From an uncultured delta proteobacterium (GTDB taxonomy: Bacteria; Myxococcota_A; Polyangia; Fen-1088), in assembly GCA_963796685.1 (NCBI GenBank), contig CAWCMR010000025.1:1664001-1728000 (forward strand): a stretch of 64,000 bases of DNA. The letters are read 5' to 3'. Shown here in pieces: positions 28,904 to 40,406 of this stretch (positions are counted from its first letter, which is position 1; every line of letters starts with the position of its first letter). The position numbers and the translations under genes are program-made. The notes below the pieces were generated by a model. It saw only the letters and a list, made by a program, of their open reading frames with translations. It did not search any database and was not told where the DNA came from.

Positions 28904-30325
28904 CTAGCGTGTCGCCTTCTTCTTGCCGCCATAACGATCGGCCAGACGGTCGGCGTAGCCGTCGACTTGCTTGCATGGAGCGCGAGAAATGGCCAGGGCG
29001 CCATCGCGCACATCCTCGGTGATGGTCGCGCCCGCCGCGATCACCGCGCGCTTGCCCACGCGCACCGGTGCCACGAGCTGCGTGTCCGAGCCGATGAACG
29101 CGCCATCCTCGATGATGGTCTGGCGCTTTTCGAAGCCGTTGTAGTTGCAGGTGATGGTGCCGGCGCCCACGTTCACCTTCTCGCCCACGATGGTGTCGCC
29201 GAGATAGGTCAGGTGATTGGCCTTGCTGCCGCGCCCGAGGGTGGTCTTCTTTGTCTCGACGAAATTGCCCACGTGCACGTCCGGACCGAGCCTGGTGCCC
29301 GGGCGCAGATGGGCGAAGGGACCGATCTTGTTGTTCTCGCCGATGGTCGAATCGCTGGCCACGCAGTAGGGCAGGACGTGCGTGCCTTTGCCCACCACGG
29401 TGTCGGTCAGGATGCTGCCGTCGTCGATGCGCGCGCAGGCGCCGATATGCGTGCGTCCGCGCAAAACCACATGGCGGCCGATCTCCGCGTCGGGCTCGAT
29501 GGTCACCGAAGCCTCGACCACGACCTCGTCCGGAGCGCGGAAGGTGGCGTGCTTCATGTGCTCGTGCACGATGCGGCCGGCGAGGATCCGCTCCGCGGCG
29601 ACCAGTTGCTCGCGGTCGTTCACCCCCGACACTTCCTCGGCCGAAACGTCGACGGAAACCACACCGATGGTGGCCGCCGCCCGCGCCACGATATCCGTCA
29701 GGTAGTACTCGGCCTGGGCGTTGCGCACCGATAGCTTGGCCGTGGCCTTGCGCAGGAACTCGGCCGGGGCGGCGTAGATGCCGGCGTTCACCTCGACGAT
29801 GCGGCGCTGGACGAGGGTCGTGTCCTTGTGCTCGACCACCTCGAGGATCTTTCCCGCATCGTTGCGGACGATGCGCCCGTAGCCCGTGGGATCGCGCATC
29901 ACCGACGTCAGCATGGCCAGTCCGCGGGTCTTCTTCGCCTGCTCGATCAAGGCGGCCACGGTCTCGGCGCGCAAAAGCGGCACATCGCCGTACAGGATCA
30001 CCACCAGCCCGTCGAAATCGGCCAGCGGCCTAAGCCCCAAGCGCACGGCGTGGCCCGTGCCCTTCTGCACCTTCTGCTCGACCACGGTGACGCTGCCCGG
30101 GCCAAAGCGCTCGGCCAGCACCTTGCCGACCTCGTCGATCTGGTGGCCGAGCACGGCCACGATGGGAGTAGCGCCCAAAGCACGCGCGTTCTCGACCGCA
30201 TAGGCCACCATGGGGACCCCGAGCAGCGTGTGAAGCACCTTGTTCTTGGCCGAGGCCATCCGGGTTCCCTTCCCGGCAGCCAGGATCATGCAGGCGGTTG
30301 TGGACTTGCGGCGGCGACTGGTCAC
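28904..30325 (-). CDS. glmU: Bifunctional UDP-GlcNAc pyrophosphorylase / glucosamine-1-P acetyltransferase
   Basis: ILAAGKGTRM, EYYLTD, GPFAHLRP, GNFVETKK, TCNY. Confidence 0.96.
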   Translation of the reverse strand: MTSRRRKSTTACMILAAGKGTRMASAKNKVLHTLLGVPMVAYAVENARALGATPIVAVLGHQIDEVGKVLAERFGPGSVTVVEQKVQKGTGHAVRLGLRPLADFDGLVVILYGDVPLLRAETVAALIEQAKKTRGLAMLTSVMRDPTGYGRIVRNDAGKILEVVEHKDTTLVQRRIVEVNAGIYAAPAEFLRKATAKLSVRNAQAEYYLTDIVARAAATIGVVSVDVSAEEVSGVNDREQLVAAERILAGRIVHEHMKHATFRAPDEVVVEASVTIEPDAEIGRHVVLRGRTHIGACARIDDGSILTDTVVGKGTHVLPYCVASDSTIGENNKIGPFAHLRPGTRLGPDVHVGNFVETKKTTLGRGSKANHLTYLGDTIVGEKVNVGAGTITCNYNGFEKRQTIIEDGAFIGSDTQLVAPVRVGKRAVIAAGATITEDVRDGALAISRAPCKQVDGYADRLADRYGGKKKATR

Positions 30326-30416
30326 TGAGGAAGCTCCTTCATGGGATGGGGCATTCTACGTCAAAGAACTCGTCAGGCGTCTTTTCCGCACGAATACGGT
30401 ATACAATCCCTCGCCC

Positions 30417-32393
30417 ATGTCGCCCTACGTGCTCGTGGTCGAAAGTGACCCCGAAATGCAGCGTCGCATCGGGGATACCCTCTCCGAGGCGCACTACGCG
30501 CTTGCGTCCGAGGCCGAAATCGGCTGGGCCAAGCGCAGCATGCTGATCCAGCCTCCTGACGCGGTGGTCATCGACACCAGGCTGTCCGATGGCACCGGTT
30601 TCGCGCTGGCTGAGGAAATCCGTCGCACCCCCGAGACCGAGCACGCCCCCATCTTTTTCGTGGCCAGCACCCACCGCGGGGCCAGCCACGCCTCCGAGGC
30701 CAGGCGCCGTTTCGCCCCGGCCGAGTACCTGCCCACCCCCCTTGACGTGTCGCGCCTTTTGGCCTTGCTGCTGGAAATGGTTCCACCCAAGGAAGTCACC
30801 CTAGAGCCGCTGGTTCCCAATTACCCTGGGTCGGCCATCCTCGATCTCGAGGAGAAGCGCGAACGTCGCTACGTCGAGAGCGCGGCCAAGTCCATGGGCA
30901 CGGGCGATCCCGATTTGCGCGGCTCGCTGGCGCGCCAGCCGTTCGCCCACCTGCTCCAGCGTGTCTACGCCGGTCGCCTGACCGGTGCGCTCTTGCTCAC
31001 CAGCGACAAGGTCAAGAAGATCGTCTACGTCGAAGACGGATATCCCGTCGCCGTGCGCTCCAACGATCCCCGCGAGTGCCTCGGCCAGATTCTCCTCGAA
31101 CAAAGGATGATCTCGGCGGAGACCCTGGCCGAATCCCTGCGCCAGATGAAGGCCAGCAAAAAGCGCCAAGGCGAGCTGCTGGTCGAGATGGGGGCGCTGT
31201 CGCCCTACAACCTGTCGCGTGCCCTGGTGCTGCAGATGGAGGCCAAGCTGCTCGAGGTCTTCTCCTGGCGCGAGGGCCGCTTTGCCTTCAAGAAGGGCCA
31301 GCCCGCGCACGACCAGCCGGTGCGCCTCGATCGCACGCCCGCGGCGCTCATTCTCGAAGGCATCCGGCGTTCGTACGATGCCGAGCGCATGCGCAGCGTG
31401 CTGGATCCGTACACCGGACAATACCTCATGCCCTCGCCCGAGCGCCGGCAGCGTCTGCAGGACATCACCGCCGATCCCAACGAGCAGCGCTTCGTCGACA
31501 GCCTGGACGGTACCGTGAAATACGAGGCCGCGCTGGCCACGACCATGATTCCCACCGACCGCGCCCGGCTCCTCCTCGTCGCCATGGCCGAGGCCGGTAT
31601 GATCGTCCCGTCCCATCAGCCCGCGACGAAAGCCGGGGATGCGGTCGAAGATTTGCAACCGTTGGTGGACTCGCAGCCCCATCTGGCCGCGGGTGGGCGC
31701 ACCCGCGAGGATCTGGTGGCCATTCTCGAAGTCATGCACCATCAGACCCACTTCGAGGTCCTGGCGCTCGATCGCGAGGCCACCGAAACCGAGGTCGATA
31801 CCGCCTACGAGGTGCGGGCGCGCGATTTTCACCCCGACCGCTTCCGCATGCGTACCGAGGCCGTGCGCGTGGTGGCCGAGCGCATCTTCGAGAGGTTGGA
31901 AGAGGCGCACGCGGTACTGTCCGACCCCACTGCGCGGAGGCGCTATGTCGCCCAGCTCGACAAGAACCCTTCGAAATCTCCCGGTGCCGACGAGGAGGCA
32001 CCCGCCAGCGAGTCGCCCCAGGTGGTGGCCGAGCGCATCTATTTTCAGGGCGTGGCACACCTGCGCGCCCGCCGTTACCGGGACGCCGCCGAGGCCTTCC
32101 GCCAGGCCACGGCCCTTGCCCCAACCCAGGCCAGCTATCGCAGCGCCCTCGGCTGGGCTCTGTACCGGCAAGCACCCGCCGATCCGCGCGCGGTGGCCGC
32201 GGGGCTGGGCGAGCTTTTGCGCGCCGCCGATTCGGATCCCAAGAATCCCTGGTCGCGCGTTTCGCTCGGACGTTTCTATGCCGAGACCGGCATGCCCGAC
32301 GAGGCCATCCGCATCTTCGAGGAGGTTTTGCGCATGAGCCCCGGGCTTTCTGATATCGAAGAAGAAATTCGCCGTCTCAAAGGAGCATCATGA
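30417..32393 (+). CDS. Receiver + DUF4388-like + DnaJ + TPR protein
   Basis: N-terminal REC fold (VLVVESD; conserved Lys absent), LGQILL repeat, J-domain HPD (DFHPDRF), C-terminal TPRs. Confidence 0.82.
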   Translation: MSPYVLVVESDPEMQRRIGDTLSEAHYALASEAEIGWAKRSMLIQPPDAVVIDTRLSDGTGFALAEEIRRTPETEHAPIFFVASTHRGASHASEARRRFAPAEYLPTPLDVSRLLALLLEMVPPKEVTLEPLVPNYPGSAILDLEEKRERRYVESAAKSMGTGDPDLRGSLARQPFAHLLQRVYAGRLTGALLLTSDKVKKIVYVEDGYPVAVRSNDPRECLGQILLEQRMISAETLAESLRQMKASKKRQGELLVEMGALSPYNLSRALVLQMEAKLLEVFSWREGRFAFKKGQPAHDQPVRLDRTPAALILEGIRRSYDAERMRSVLDPYTGQYLMPSPERRQRLQDITADPNEQRFVDSLDGTVKYEAALATTMIPTDRARLLLVAMAEAGMIVPSHQPATKAGDAVEDLQPLVDSQPHLAAGGRTREDLVAILEVMHHQTHFEVLALDREATETEVDTAYEVRARDFHPDRFRMRTEAVRVVAERIFERLEEAHAVLSDPTARRRYVAQLDKNPSKSPGADEEAPASESPQVVAERIYFQGVAHLRARRYRDAAEAFRQATALAPTQASYRSALGWALYRQAPADPRAVAAGLGELLRAADSDPKNPWSRVSLGRFYAETGMPDEAIRIFEEVLRMSPGLSDIEEEIRRLKGAS

Positions 32394-33307
32394 TCGAGTC
32401 CCAATTCGCGTGGATGAACGGGAAGCTGATTCCGTTCGCCCAAGCGACCACGCACATCTCGGCCTTCACCCTGCACTACGGGGTCGCGGCGTTCGAAGGC
32501 ATCCGCTGCTACAAGCGCGCCGACGGGCGCAGCGCCGTGTTCCGCCTGCGCGAGCACATCGAACGCCTGTTCGGGTCGATGAAGGTGTGCGGGAACGATG
32601 TCCCCTGGTCCATCGAGCAAGTCGAGGCCGCGTGCCTCGATGTCCTGCGGGCCAACAAGCTCGACGAGGCCTACCTGAGGCCGCTCGTGTACGCGGGCGC
32701 CGGTTCGCTGGGACTCGGCGCGAAGGACGCGCCGATCGAGGCGGTGGTGATCGCGTTTCCCTGGGGCGCCTACCTCGGCGAGGAGGCGCTGACCAAGGGG
32801 ATTCGCGCGCACGTGTCCACCTTCGTGCGCGGACACGTGAACAACATCATGAGCAAGGCCAAGATCTCGGGTCAGTACGTGAATTCGGTGCTGGCCAAGC
32901 GCGAGGCGCAGCGCCAGGGCTTCGACGAAGCGGTCATGCTCGACGCCGACGGCCGCGTGGCCGAAGGCACGGGCGAGAACATCTTCGCGGTTCACAAGGG
33001 CCGCATCTATACCCCGCCGCTCGACATGCCCATTCTCGAAGGCATCACCCGCGACGCGGTCATCACCCTGGCCAAGGAAGCCGGCTTCGAGATCGTCGAG
33101 CAGTCGTTCACGCGCGACTTCCTTTACCAAGTCGCCGAGGTCTTCTTCACCGGCACGGCCTGCGAGGTCACCCCGGTGCGCGAGATCGACTGCCGCACCA
33201 TCGGCAGCGGGCAACCAGGTCCGGTGACACGCAAGCTGCAAGCCGCCTACACCGCCGTGGTGAAGGGCCCGGGCGAACCCAAGCCTAAGTGGCTGGCCTA
33301 CCTCTAA
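32390..33307 (+). CDS. ilvE: Branched-chain amino acid aminotransferase
   Basis: [41 protein letters not shown]. Confidence 0.95.
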   Translation: MIESQFAWMNGKLIPFAQATTHISAFTLHYGVAAFEGIRCYKRADGRSAVFRLREHIERLFGSMKVCGNDVPWSIEQVEAACLDVLRANKLDEAYLRPLVYAGAGSLGLGAKDAPIEAVVIAFPWGAYLGEEALTKGIRAHVSTFVRGHVNNIMSKAKISGQYVNSVLAKREAQRQGFDEAVMLDADGRVAEGTGENIFAVHKGRIYTPPLDMPILEGITRDAVITLAKEAGFEIVEQSFTRDFLYQVAEVFFTGTACEVTPVREIDCRTIGSGQPGPVTRKLQAAYTAVVKGPGEPKPKWLAYL

Positions 33308-33311
33308 GATC

Positions 33312-34259
<948 letters not shown>

Positions 34260-34277
34260 TTCCGGTTCTCCTCCGGT

Positions 34278-34322
34278 CCCCTCGCCCCGCGTCCGCGCGG
34301 GGAGAGGGCTAGGGTGAGGGGC
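34278..34322. repeat. REP-like element (CCCCTCGCCCCGC...GGGGAGAGGG.TAGGGTGAGGGG family)
   Basis: Hairpin plus G-rich tail; near-identical copy at about 37276-37317. Confidence 0.75.
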
Positions 34323-34390
34323 GCGAGACCCCTTCTCCTCGTTCCCGAAATGGGACCATGATGTAAGGAATTTGTGGAGGCGCTCACCCC

Positions 34391-34759
34391 ATGGAGATTC
34401 ACCCGATAAGGACTGCCCGCGACCATGCCCAAGCGCTAGGCAAAATCGAACGCCTGTGGGGCGCGCGGCGCGGGACCAGGGAAGCCGACGAGCTGGAAGT
34501 GCTCGTTACCCTAGTTGATGCTTACGAGGCGAGACACCATTCCATCGATCCGTCGGATCCCATCGACGCCATTCTCTTTCGCCTGGAGCAAATGGGTCTC
34601 GGGCGCAGTGAGCTGGTCGACATCATGGGAACCCGAGCCCGCGTCTCCGAGGTGCTCAATCGCCGCCGGCCGCTCAGCATCGCCATGATTGCGAAGCTGC
34701 GCGACAAGCTGGGGATCTCTGCCGATATTCTCATCGGCTCGCGTCGTCGAGCCGCGTAG
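34391..34759 (+). CDS. higA: HigA-family antitoxin (orphan)
   Basis: PIRT..D...L...LEVLVTLVDAYE; C-terminal HTH RVSEVLNRRRPLS. No higB upstream. Confidence 0.85.
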   Translation: MEIHPIRTARDHAQALGKIERLWGARRGTREADELEVLVTLVDAYEARHHSIDPSDPIDAILFRLEQMGLGRSELVDIMGTRARVSEVLNRRRPLSIAMIAKLRDKLGISADILIGSRRRAA

Positions 34760-35113
34760 GAAGGGGCGCTGTCCGGGCCCACCCCCATCGTGTTTTGCTG
34801 GCCGGCGATTCTTGCGTTCATGCGCATCGCCAGCCATCGCAAAGCCATGGCCAGGCCGCTTGCGGTGGGCGACGCGCGCAAGATCGTGGAGTCGTGGCTC
34901 GAGCACCCCATCTCGACCATCGTGTCACCAACAGAACGGCACTGGGCCATCCTCTCCGGTCTGCTCACCCCTGGACAGGTCAGCGGCGCGCTTGTCTCCG
35001 ACGCCCACCTCGCTGCCCTGGCCATCGAGCACGGCGCCACGCTGGTCACGAACGCCCGCGACTTCGCCAGATTTCCAGGTCTGAACGCCGCGTACCCGCT
35101 CATGGGCGGGTGA
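34760..35113 (+). pseudogene. 5'-truncated VapC PIN toxin
   Basis: WPAILAFMRI...DAHLAALAIEHGATLVTNARDFARFPGL; the N-terminal catalytic Asp strand is missing. Confidence 0.75.
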
Positions 35114-35118
35114 ACCCG

Positions 35119-35493
35119 TCACAGCCGCGCAAGCAGGGCGCGAACATCCCGTGAAACCTTGGCCAGCAAGGCGGCTGTTTCTGAGTGGTCCGGCGCGATG
35201 GACTTCAAGATGAAGGCCGGCGCGAAGAGATCGTCGTCGAGCGCGGGCAGCGCGTTCGCGTACGCGACGATGGCGGGCAGGAACTTGTCACGGCTCCAGC
35301 CCATGGCGAGGACGAAGCGCTCCAGCGAGGCACGGAGGGTGGCGATGCGAACGTTATCCGTCTCATTCATGGCCGCGACCAGCGCCTCGCCGAGGACATT
35401 CACATCGTCGAGCTGGCGGGCAACGAGGTCGTGGCGCCAATCGAGCAGCACTTCAATGGGGAATGCCGGAGTGGTTGGTGGTGAAGAAGACAT
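35119..35493 (-). CDS. Hypothetical protein
   Basis: 124-aa helical ORF; SD GGAG upstream. Confidence 0.6.
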   Translation of the reverse strand: MSSSPPTTPAFPIEVLLDWRHDLVARQLDDVNVLGEALVAAMNETDNVRIATLRASLERFVLAMGWSRDKFLPAIVAYANALPALDDDLFAPAFILKSIAPDHSETAALLAKVSRDVRALLARL

Positions 35494-35566
35494 GACTCTC
35501 CACCGATGCTACCGCAAACCGAGGCTCATCATGTGGCCGGTGTCGCGGGCCCACCATTCGCCCATG

Positions 35567-37261
35567 TCAGAACGGACCAGCAGACGGCACCTGGCACGGA
35601 TAGCTCCCGGGCTTGTGGCGATACACGAGGATGTCGAAGAGCCCCGAGCCCGGCCCGTTCTCTGTCGGTGGGTATACCTCGGGGATCTCGTAGCACGTCA
35701 TGACGTACAAGCGGAAATACGGGCTCTGGGCGATGAACCAGGGTGAAGTGACGATGGCAGCTACATGATCGCCCTCGATTCGAGAGACGACATCCTCGTG
35801 CTTGACGGTTCCAGCTTCCAGCCAGCGGTAGTCGAAATCCGCCAGCTCACCGGCTACGCGGGAACCTCCATCCAACGCCACCGCGGAGACGATCGTTGGA
35901 TCACCGAAGATGGTTTCGTCTTTGCGCAGTGCCAGATCCCCTGCCACCCGTCCGGCCACATCTAGCCGTTGATACTGGGCCAGCTCTCCGGAACGAAGCT
36001 GTGGCAAAAAGGAATACTGGCGCTCGTCAAGCCCCTCGCGGCTGGACTGGGCGGCGGCCCACCCACCGCAAGTTACGGCGAGGGTGGCAATTGTTCCCAA
36101 GAGCATGAGTCGCGAGGCCCGTCGACGCAAAATCGGTGAACCTCTTCTGCTGTCGGCCCACCACGTAGCTACCGCGTCGAAGCCAATTCCCGCCAGAAGG
36201 GCCAACAGGGGCGCAATCAGCACCATGTAGAGAAAGGCCGTCTGGTTCATTGCCATCACGACCACAACGTGTATCCCTATCGCGAGTAAGAGCGCGAGTA
36301 CTGTCCTCGAGGGTAGCCGTGAGAGATCGCGGCTTGCTCCATCTCTTACCCATGACCGCAAGAGGGTCAAGCTCAGTCCGACTCCGACCATAAGGTACGC
36401 GTGGTCGTAGAGCCAAGGCGTAAGACGTTCCCCAAATTGAGTGTCGCCGCCACCCTGGCCCGAGCTCAAGTGATAGAGGTGGTGACCGAATAGGCTTTCC
36501 CACACGTGATGGCCACCCATGAGCCACACAGGGCAAAAAACGAGCGCACCAACGCCCAACGACCCCAACAAGAATCGAACACCATCGCGTGGTCTCCGGA
36601 CCAGCGTCCAGAGAGCTACAAGGCCGCCAATCGCGAGACCATGCTGGCCGGTCGCCAGAATGAAACCGAAACACAACCCGGATCGAAATGGCATCGACCT
36701 CAGAAAATACAGGAAGCAGGCAACCGTGGTCAGGACTGTAAGCTGGATACCCGTATAGTGGACTCTGTCGAAGACCTCCGGCGAGGTCAGGAAGAGTAGC
36801 GCCGCCAGTGCTCCGGCCCGCCACGAAATCAGGCGCCAGCCGCCCCACAACATGAATCCGGCTGTCGCAAGCTGGCTGACCAAGACCAATGCTCGACCTG
36901 CTAGCAGCGGTGAGCAGCCTAGTTTGATCAGCCAGGCGACTGGCAAGATCGCCAAGGGCGGACGCGAGCTATCGATGTCCCGGTAGAGGACTGCCCCCTC
37001 GGCCACTCGGCGCGCTACGTACAGGTGGATCTGCTCGTCGGTCCAGGACAGGAAAAAGCCCGTACGGTGTCTCCAGACCAGTGCGACAGTCGCAACCACG
37101 AATAGAGCGCACCAGATGGCGATTTCGGTCTTCGAAATTCCGCGTTGCGTTTCGCTTCGAGAGTCTGGCTCGGCAGGAAGGACGGCCCTAGGCTTACGGC
37201 GGGACCCTCTAGAGCACCGAACGGGTTGAAAGTGCAGAGAATTCAAGAAGTTGCTACGCAC
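35567..37261 (-). CDS. ArnT/PMT-like GT-C glycosyltransferase; native start displaced by a MITE
   Basis: DEQIH, LYRDI...PPL, multiple TM helices; less GC-biased than its neighbours. Confidence 0.75.
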   Translation of the reverse strand: MRSNFLNSLHFQPVRCSRGSRRKPRAVLPAEPDSRSETQRGISKTEIAIWCALFVVATVALVWRHRTGFFLSWTDEQIHLYVARRVAEGAVLYRDIDSSRPPLAILPVAWLIKLGCSPLLAGRALVLVSQLATAGFMLWGGWRLISWRAGALAALLFLTSPEVFDRVHYTGIQLTVLTTVACFLYFLRSMPFRSGLCFGFILATGQHGLAIGGLVALWTLVRRPRDGVRFLLGSLGVGALVFCPVWLMGGHHVWESLFGHHLYHLSSGQGGGDTQFGERLTPWLYDHAYLMVGVGLSLTLLRSWVRDGASRDLSRLPSRTVLALLLAIGIHVVVVMAMNQTAFLYMVLIAPLLALLAGIGFDAVATWWADSRRGSPILRRRASRLMLLGTIATLAVTCGGWAAAQSSREGLDERQYSFLPQLRSGELAQYQRLDVAGRVAGDLALRKDETIFGDPTIVSAVALDGGSRVAGELADFDYRWLEAGTVKHEDVVSRIEGDHVAAIVTSPWFIAQSPYFRLYVMTCYEIPEVYPPTENGPGSGLFDILVYRHKPGSYPCQVPSAGPF

Positions 37262-37460
37262 GTGCCCCCTCCAATCCCCTCGCCCCGCGCAGCGGGGAGA
37301 GGGTTAGGGTGAGGGGCCAGCGCACTCTCTCGCATGGCCGAACCCCTCACCCGACGCGCTTCGCGCGTCGACCTCTCCCCGCTTCGCGGGGCGAGGTGAA
37401 TTTTCCGAGCACTCGCAAGCTCTCGATCCTGCACAGCATTCAACCCGTTCGGTGCTCTAG
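37209..37460. mobile_element. MITE-like element with 22-bp perfect terminal inverted repeats and an internal REP pair
   Basis: CTAGAGCACCGAACGGGTTGAA (37209-37230) and TTCAACCCGTTCGGTGCTCTAG (37439-37460); no transposase. Confidence 0.8.
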
Positions 37461-37496
37461 CCATGGTCCTGCCACAGGCCGTCCAGGGATCGTCGG

Positions 37497-39305
37497 CTAA
37501 AGCCCATTGATCACGACATCATCAACGTACATGGTCCCGGTCCAGTTGGTGGCAGGAGAGAGGGAGAGGCCTATGCGATCGACTGGAGTCGGGCTGGTGA
37601 AGCCGAGCGAAACCTCGAACCATTGGTTGATCGGAATGTTCCCGAAGAACGGGACGTTGTGATCTGCCTGGGTACCCGAGGAAGTCCACGTGTCCACGAT
37701 CAGCTGATTGCCAAAGTCTGAAAGCGGATAGCTTCCGTCGAAATACACGTAGGCCGAACCCGTGTATCCGGAGAGGTTCACCTTGCAGGGAAGCGATACC
37801 GTCACCTCCACGGCAAAGGTCGTAGAATAGTCTATCTGAACCGGCACGATCAGCGAGTGACTGCCTCCATGGTACTTCGACTGGGTCACACCGATGTTGG
37901 TCCCCCCATTGGGGCCCGGCGATCCTGGCACCATTTCGAGGTTCCATGGCGCGGGGCTCGAGCTGGATTCGAAGTCCCAGGCGAGACAGCCACCACAAGC
38001 CAAGGCACCGCTGCTACAGGCGCACGTGCCCGCGCTGCAGTATTGGTTCGAGGAACACACGGCAGTGCAGGATCCACAGTGATTTGCGTCGGAACCGGAG
38101 GTGTTGATGCACCCACTGGTTCCACAGTCGGTCGTCCCTTGCGGACAGGAACATGTCGAGCCCGAACAGTTGGCGCCGATCCTACAAGAAACCGGAGCCG
38201 GCATGTCGCAGGTGCCTGCGTTGCACGTCCCGGCGGCTTGCGTAGAAGTCGTGGTTGCACACCCCGCGGTTCCGCACGAGGTCGTCGGGAAAGTGCAAGT
38301 GCCGTCGGTCTTGCCCTGGCAGGTGCCGGCGCAGGTTCCGCTTCCGGCGCAGAGACCGTGGCGGGCGGTGCTGTTCGCCGGAAGCACGGTGCATGTGCCC
38401 GGAGATGTCGCCAGGTCGCACGCCTCGCACGTCCCGGTGCAGGCGCGATTGCAGCAGTAGCCGTCGGCACAGGTCGTTCCAGTGATGCATCCCGCGGCGA
38501 CGGCGTCGCACTTCTGTCCCGCCTTGGCTTTGCACTCGCCATTGGAATCACAGGTGCCCGCGCACCTGCTGGCGTCATCGGCGCTCTTGACCGCCACACA
38601 CGCACCGGCGCTGCAGGTCTGGCAGGCGCCAGGACAATCGCTTCGTTGCGTGCAACCGACGCACTTGTTCGTGGTCGTGTCACACACTGCCGAGGTCCCG
38701 CACTGACCGTTCTTCGTGCATTGAACGCAGGCACCTGTTGTCGCGTCACAGGCTGTCGCGGAGCGTCCCGAGCAGTCATTGTCGGAGCCGCAATTGGTGC
38801 ATTGGTTGGAGCTGCTACACACGGGCGCCGTGAGCGGACAGTCCGCGGTCGTGCAGCAGCCACCATTACACGGCAGCGGCAGGTCCACCGGCACATCGGC
38901 GGGAACGTCCGCTGCGGCGTAGGCCCCATCTGGTTGTACCTCAGGCGCGATCGGGCTCGCACCATCAGGCTGGCCAGTGGGAAGATCTTGGCCACCGATC
39001 GAGAAATCGACGGCGGCATCGGGAACGACACCTCCACTGCCCTCACTGGACATGTCGATGATTTTGCCGTCCGAGCTCGCTGTCACGTCGACACTGCCGT
39101 CGATGCCCCCAGCACTCTTCCGGCATCCACCGGGCTGTCCCTTGATCGCGCAGACGTAGCCGTCTGGGCAGTTGTTGTCTCCCTGGCAGATAATCGTGTC
39201 CACGTTGGGGCTGACGCGATGAAAGCATCCGGCGAACCCAACGGCCAAGATCACGCAAACGAGAAGGAACGAGTGGCGGAACGTGGAGAAATGGTGAAGG
39301 TGCAT
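37497..39305 (-). CDS. Cys-rich repeat lipoprotein with C-terminal beta-sandwich (CBM-like) domain
   Basis: Lipobox FAGC; many Cys repeats including CADGYCCNRAC; ends GTMYVDDVVI. Confidence 0.82.
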   Translation of the reverse strand: MHLHHFSTFRHSFLLVCVILAVGFAGCFHRVSPNVDTIICQGDNNCPDGYVCAIKGQPGGCRKSAGGIDGSVDVTASSDGKIIDMSSEGSGGVVPDAAVDFSIGGQDLPTGQPDGASPIAPEVQPDGAYAAADVPADVPVDLPLPCNGGCCTTADCPLTAPVCSSSNQCTNCGSDNDCSGRSATACDATTGACVQCTKNGQCGTSAVCDTTTNKCVGCTQRSDCPGACQTCSAGACVAVKSADDASRCAGTCDSNGECKAKAGQKCDAVAAGCITGTTCADGYCCNRACTGTCEACDLATSPGTCTVLPANSTARHGLCAGSGTCAGTCQGKTDGTCTFPTTSCGTAGCATTTSTQAAGTCNAGTCDMPAPVSCRIGANCSGSTCSCPQGTTDCGTSGCINTSGSDANHCGSCTAVCSSNQYCSAGTCACSSGALACGGCLAWDFESSSSPAPWNLEMVPGSPGPNGGTNIGVTQSKYHGGSHSLIVPVQIDYSTTFAVEVTVSLPCKVNLSGYTGSAYVYFDGSYPLSDFGNQLIVDTWTSSGTQADHNVPFFGNIPINQWFEVSLGFTSPTPVDRIGLSLSPATNWTGTMYVDDVVINGL

Positions 39306-40132
39306 CAGAAGCCTCCGCGAAACGCGACACCGGCGTGGTCGGGAGCAACAAGAGGAAGAAGCGCAACCGCACTCGAGCTTTCGGCGCTGCGGCCGAGGTA
39401 GTAGAGGATGGCTCCGCCAACGAGACAGGCGGAGCCGAGGCCGTACCCGACCCAGCTACCGGTCTCGTAGTTCGAGCGCTGCGATACTTTTCCACGGTCG
39501 TAGCCAGTCGGTGTGTTCAGGTCGTCGGCCATGCTGTTCGCCTTGATGTTCAGGACCACGGCCGTGACCAGTGACGCGACGCCCAGCGCCCCTGTGGTGA
39601 TACCGGCGATGCGAAGCCCACGTCCAGGCGGCGACGGGACGGCCTTGGACCGGGCCACGGTCTCCACAGGTCTTGGCTCCGTTGGGAAGGAGGGTTGGAC
39701 TACGATCGGCGGCGGCGGAACAGGTGGAGGCGCAACGGAGGCGCTCTTCGCGACCTTGGACTGACAGTCGGCAATGTGTTCCTCGGCATCCGCTCTGTCT
39801 TTGGCGCCTGAGCCCTTGGTGACCCTGAGGTATTCCTCGAAGCGCACGATCGCCTCCTCGTATCGCGCGTTCTGCTCAAGACACCGCCCTTGGTTGTAGA
39901 TGTAGTTCGGCGCTTCGGTCTTGACGAAAAGGTCCGAGAGTATGGCGATCCCCTTCTGGTAATCCCCGTTGAGGCAAGCCTTCCTGGCCTCGGCGACCTG
40001 GCGGTCCGAGGGGTCAGCACCCTTCGCATAGGCTGTTGAAGTCGCGACCGCAGCGAGAATTACAAGCAGCGGCGAAAGACGCGCGTTGGCTCGTGCCTTC
40101 CAGCCAGCGATGTGTCGCAGTCCACGATCCAT
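39305..40132 (-). CDS. Secreted TPR protein with C-terminal hydrophobic hairpin
   Basis: Signal peptide; YNQGRCLEQ..RYEEAI..FEEYL TPR; Pro linker; ends GVAFRGGF. Confidence 0.78.
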   Translation of the reverse strand: MDRGLRHIAGWKARANARLSPLLVILAAVATSTAYAKGADPSDRQVAEARKACLNGDYQKGIAILSDLFVKTEAPNYIYNQGRCLEQNARYEEAIVRFEEYLRVTKGSGAKDRADAEEHIADCQSKVAKSASVAPPPVPPPPIVVQPSFPTEPRPVETVARSKAVPSPPGRGLRIAGITTGALGVASLVTAVVLNIKANSMADDLNTPTGYDRGKVSQRSNYETGSWVGYGLGSACLVGGAILYYLGRSAESSSAVALLPLVAPDHAGVAFRGGF

Positions 40133-40406
40133 GGAGGCATCTTCACCTAGGGTCTAACGCCGTGCCACCGAAATCTTGAGCAGGTCGGGCGCGTCGCATG
40201 CCACCGAGGGGACACCGAGTCGATGGCGTTCACCGCAAACCACAGGGCCGACGGACGGAGGCTCGTCTCGTGTCGCAGCACCTTGTCGCAGACTGGGCCA
40301 GTGGCACGAACAAGGCCTTCCATTGCGGACCACCGGGCCGCGACGACCGGCGGCATATCCTTCTTGCACCCGGGCAGAAGGCTGGTGGCTAGACAAGACA
40401 TCACGA

